Source: an uncultured bacterium | GTDB lineage: Bacteria; Zixibacteria; MSB-5A5; JAABVY01; JAHJOQ01 | NCBI GenBank assembly: GCA_965369655.1 | Contig: CBDUQR010000051.1 | Location: 1 to 17,743, forward strand | Direction: 5' to 3' | Length of the DNA stretch: 17,743 nucleotides | Part shown: in pieces, positions 15,571 to 17,743 of the stretch | Layout of the letters: the number at the start of each line of letters is the position of its first letter | How positions within the stretch are numbered: the first letter of the stretch is position 1 | Notes under the pieces: generated by a model | The model's database searches: none | The model's input: the letters and a program-made list of their open reading frames with translations, nothing else | Told to the model about the DNA's origin: nothing | Position numbers and translations under genes: made by a program

Positions 15571-17743
15571 ATGAGACTCGTACTGTCCCTCGCAGTTGTA
15601 TTGTGTTTATTCGCAGGTACTTCGTTTTCGGCAGATTCGGCCGAATTCACGGTTGGTCCCTGGCTGTTTGGCGCTCTCAAAGCCAGGGCGATAGGCCCGG
15701 CTGTGATGGGCGGCAGAATATCTGCAATGGACGTCGTCAGTTCAGATCGACGAATCATCTGGGTCGGAGCGGCGAGCGGCGGAGTATGGAAATCGGTCAA
15801 CGGCGGGACTACGTTCGATCCGATATTCGACAAGTACACACAATCGATAGGCTCCATCGCAATCGATCAGGAGCGACCCGATACGGTCTGGATTGGCACC
15901 GGCGAACCATGGGTGAGAAACTCAGTCTCTGTCGGAACCGGCATCTACAAGACCACCGACGGCGGCGATGAGTGGAAATTTATGGGTCTCGAAGAATCCG
16001 AGCGAGTCGGTGAGATTATTATCGATCCGCGCAGCCCGGACACAGTGTATGCTGCCGTACTCGGCCATCTGTGGGATGCCAACGAAGAACGCGGCCTGTA
16101 CAAAACCGAAAATGGTGGTGAGACGTGGGAGAAGATTCTCTATGTCGACGAAAATACCGGCTGCACGGACATAGCAATCGATCCCCAGGAACCGGATATC
16201 ATCTATGCCTCGATGTGGCAGTTCAGGAGAGAGCCATACTTTTTCACGTCGGGCGGACCGGGCAGCGGCCTCCACAAGAGCACAGACGGCGGCAAGACAT
16301 GGAAAGAACTGACCGATGGTCTTCCTGAGGGAGAACTCGGCAGAATCGCGATCGCCGTCGCGCCATCACGACCGAACGTGCTGTACGCTGTGGTTGAATC
16401 CGAAAAAACAGCTTTGTACCGATCCGAGGATCTCGGACAGACATGGGTTAAGAAAAGCGACGACCCCGTTGTCAAGGACAGACCGTTCTATTTCAGTCTG
16501 ATCATTGTCGACCCACAGGATTACGACAGAGTCTACAAACCGGCAACGATGCTCTCCATCAGTCGGGACGGAGGCGAGACATTCACGACCGGGTTCGGCG
16601 GTGTTCATCCGGACCATCACGCGATGTGGATCGATCCGGAGGACCCGAACTACGTGCTGACCGGAACCGACGGCGGTATTTACGTCTCGTTCGACCGTGC
16701 CGGGACATTTCGATTCCTTAATAATCTCCCGATCTCTCAGTTCTATCAGATCAGTTGCGATCAGCAGCGACCATACAACATCTACGGCGGGCTGCAGGAC
16801 AACGGACAGTGGTTCGGACCGTCGCAGAGCCCCGGCGGCATCGAGAACAGAGACTGGCAGAGCATCGGTTTTGGCGATGGATTCCACACCTACGCCGATC
16901 CGACCAACAACGACATCGTTTACTGGGAACTTCAGGGCGGACGGATATATCGCAAGGACATGATAACCGGCGAAAACAAAGACATACAACCGCAGCCGGG
17001 CGAGGGCGATCCCGACTACAGATTCAACTGGAACGCACCGATTGCGATGAGTCCCAACAATCCGGGTATGATCTATTTCGGATCGCAGTTTCTTTTCCGG
17101 TCTTCCTATCGTGGAGACTCGTGGGAGAGAATATCAGGAGACCTGACGACCGACGATCCGAAGAAACAGCGCCAGGAGGAATCGGGTGGTCTCACAGTCG
17201 ATAATACTACGGCGGAGAACCACTGCACGATATACACAATCTCAGAATCACCGGTGGATGGCAGTGTGATCTGGGTCGGTACCGACGACGGCAACGTGCA
17301 GGTGTCCGAAAACGGCGGCGGATCGTGGAAGAATATCATCGGCAACATCGACGGCCTGCCGAAATCCACATGGTGCAATTCGGTCGAACCGAGTCATCAC
17401 GACCGCGCAACGGCGTATGTCACATTCGATGGTCATCGAACAGGCGATATGAAGCCGTATTTGTTCCAAACGACGGACATGGGTGAGACATGGGAATCGC
17501 TCTCAAACGATTCCTTGATCGGCTACTGTCATGTCGTGTGTGAAGACCTCGAAAATCCGAATCTGCTGTTCGTCGGAACCGAGTTCGGCCTGTTTGTGTC
17601 GATAGACGCCGGATCGCAATGGGTACACTACAAAGAGGATTTCCCAAAGGTGCCGGTCCGCGACCTGGTCATCCACCCCGAGGAATCTGACCTCGTGATC
17701 GGCACTCATGGTCGCGGGATTTACATCATCGACGATATCACGC
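15571..17743 (+). CDS. BNR/Asp-box (VPS10/sortilin-like) beta-propeller, usually annotated 'glycosyl hydrolase'; 3'-partial
   Basis: Absent from the ORF track because no stop lies in the window. ATG 15571 after GGGAG reads MRLVLSLAVVLCLFAGTSFS...AIGPAVMGGRI...GGVWKSVNGGTTF...KTTDGGDEW...KSTDGGKTW...GGLQDNG; the same frame gives GTHGRGIYIIDDIT at the edge. Confidence 0.9.
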   Translation, partial: MRLVLSLAVVLCLFAGTSFSADSAEFTVGPWLFGALKARAIGPAVMGGRISAMDVVSSDRRIIWVGAASGGVWKSVNGGTTFDPIFDKYTQSIGSIAIDQERPDTVWIGTGEPWVRNSVSVGTGIYKTTDGGDEWKFMGLEESERVGEIIIDPRSPDTVYAAVLGHLWDANEERGLYKTENGGETWEKILYVDENTGCTDIAIDPQEPDIIYASMWQFRREPYFFTSGGPGSGLHKSTDGGKTWKELTDGLPEGELGRIAIAVAPSRPNVLYAVVESEKTALYRSEDLGQTWVKKSDDPVVKDRPFYFSLIIVDPQDYDRVYKPATMLSISRDGGETFTTGFGGVHPDHHAMWIDPEDPNYVLTGTDGGIYVSFDRAGTFRFLNNLPISQFYQISCDQQRPYNIYGGLQDNGQWFGPSQSPGGIENRDWQSIGFGDGFHTYADPTNNDIVYWELQGGRIYRKDMITGENKDIQPQPGEGDPDYRFNWNAPIAMSPNNPGMIYFGSQFLFRSSYRGDSWERISGDLTTDDPKKQRQEESGGLTVDNTTAENHCTIYTISESPVDGSVIWVGTDDGNVQVSENGGGSWKNIIGNIDGLPKSTWCNSVEPSHHDRATAYVTFDGHRTGDMKPYLFQTTDMGETWESLSNDSLIGYCHVVCEDLENPNLLFVGTEFGLFVSIDAGSQWVHYKEDFPKVPVRDLVIHPEESDLVIGTHGRGIYIIDDIT

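Noticed and set aside
15507-17709. Short ORFs listed across the right end
   Set aside because: All overlap the single frame-1 BNR gene starting at 15571.

Overview
A 17.7 kb bacterial window, mostly about 55% GC. The PorV/T9SS-type cassette, LpoB operon and archaeal-type gatD suggest an FCB-related lineage such as Zixibacteria, KSB1 or Calditrichota (inference). Left to right: a frameshifted, 5'-damaged BglII/BstYI-family restriction endonuclease (+); a minus-strand lpoB plus COG3014-like lipoprotein operon; an AT-rich two-gene insert encoding an HD-domain (SAMHD1/YwfO-type) dNTP triphosphohydrolase and a YwgA/Panacea-like partner, a candidate defence or toxin-antitoxin module; gatD with its own promoter and no adjacent gatE; a terminated three-gene cassette of TonB-dependent receptor, large T9SS-CTD surface protein and PorV-like barrel; a divergent intergenic region holding a nested palindromic MITE-like element; a LolA-like lipoprotein-sorting protein (+); and a BNR/VPS10-type beta-propeller that runs off the right edge and is missing from the ORF track. 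No RNA genes, CRISPR arrays or transposases were seen. All family calls come from motif recognition, not database searches.
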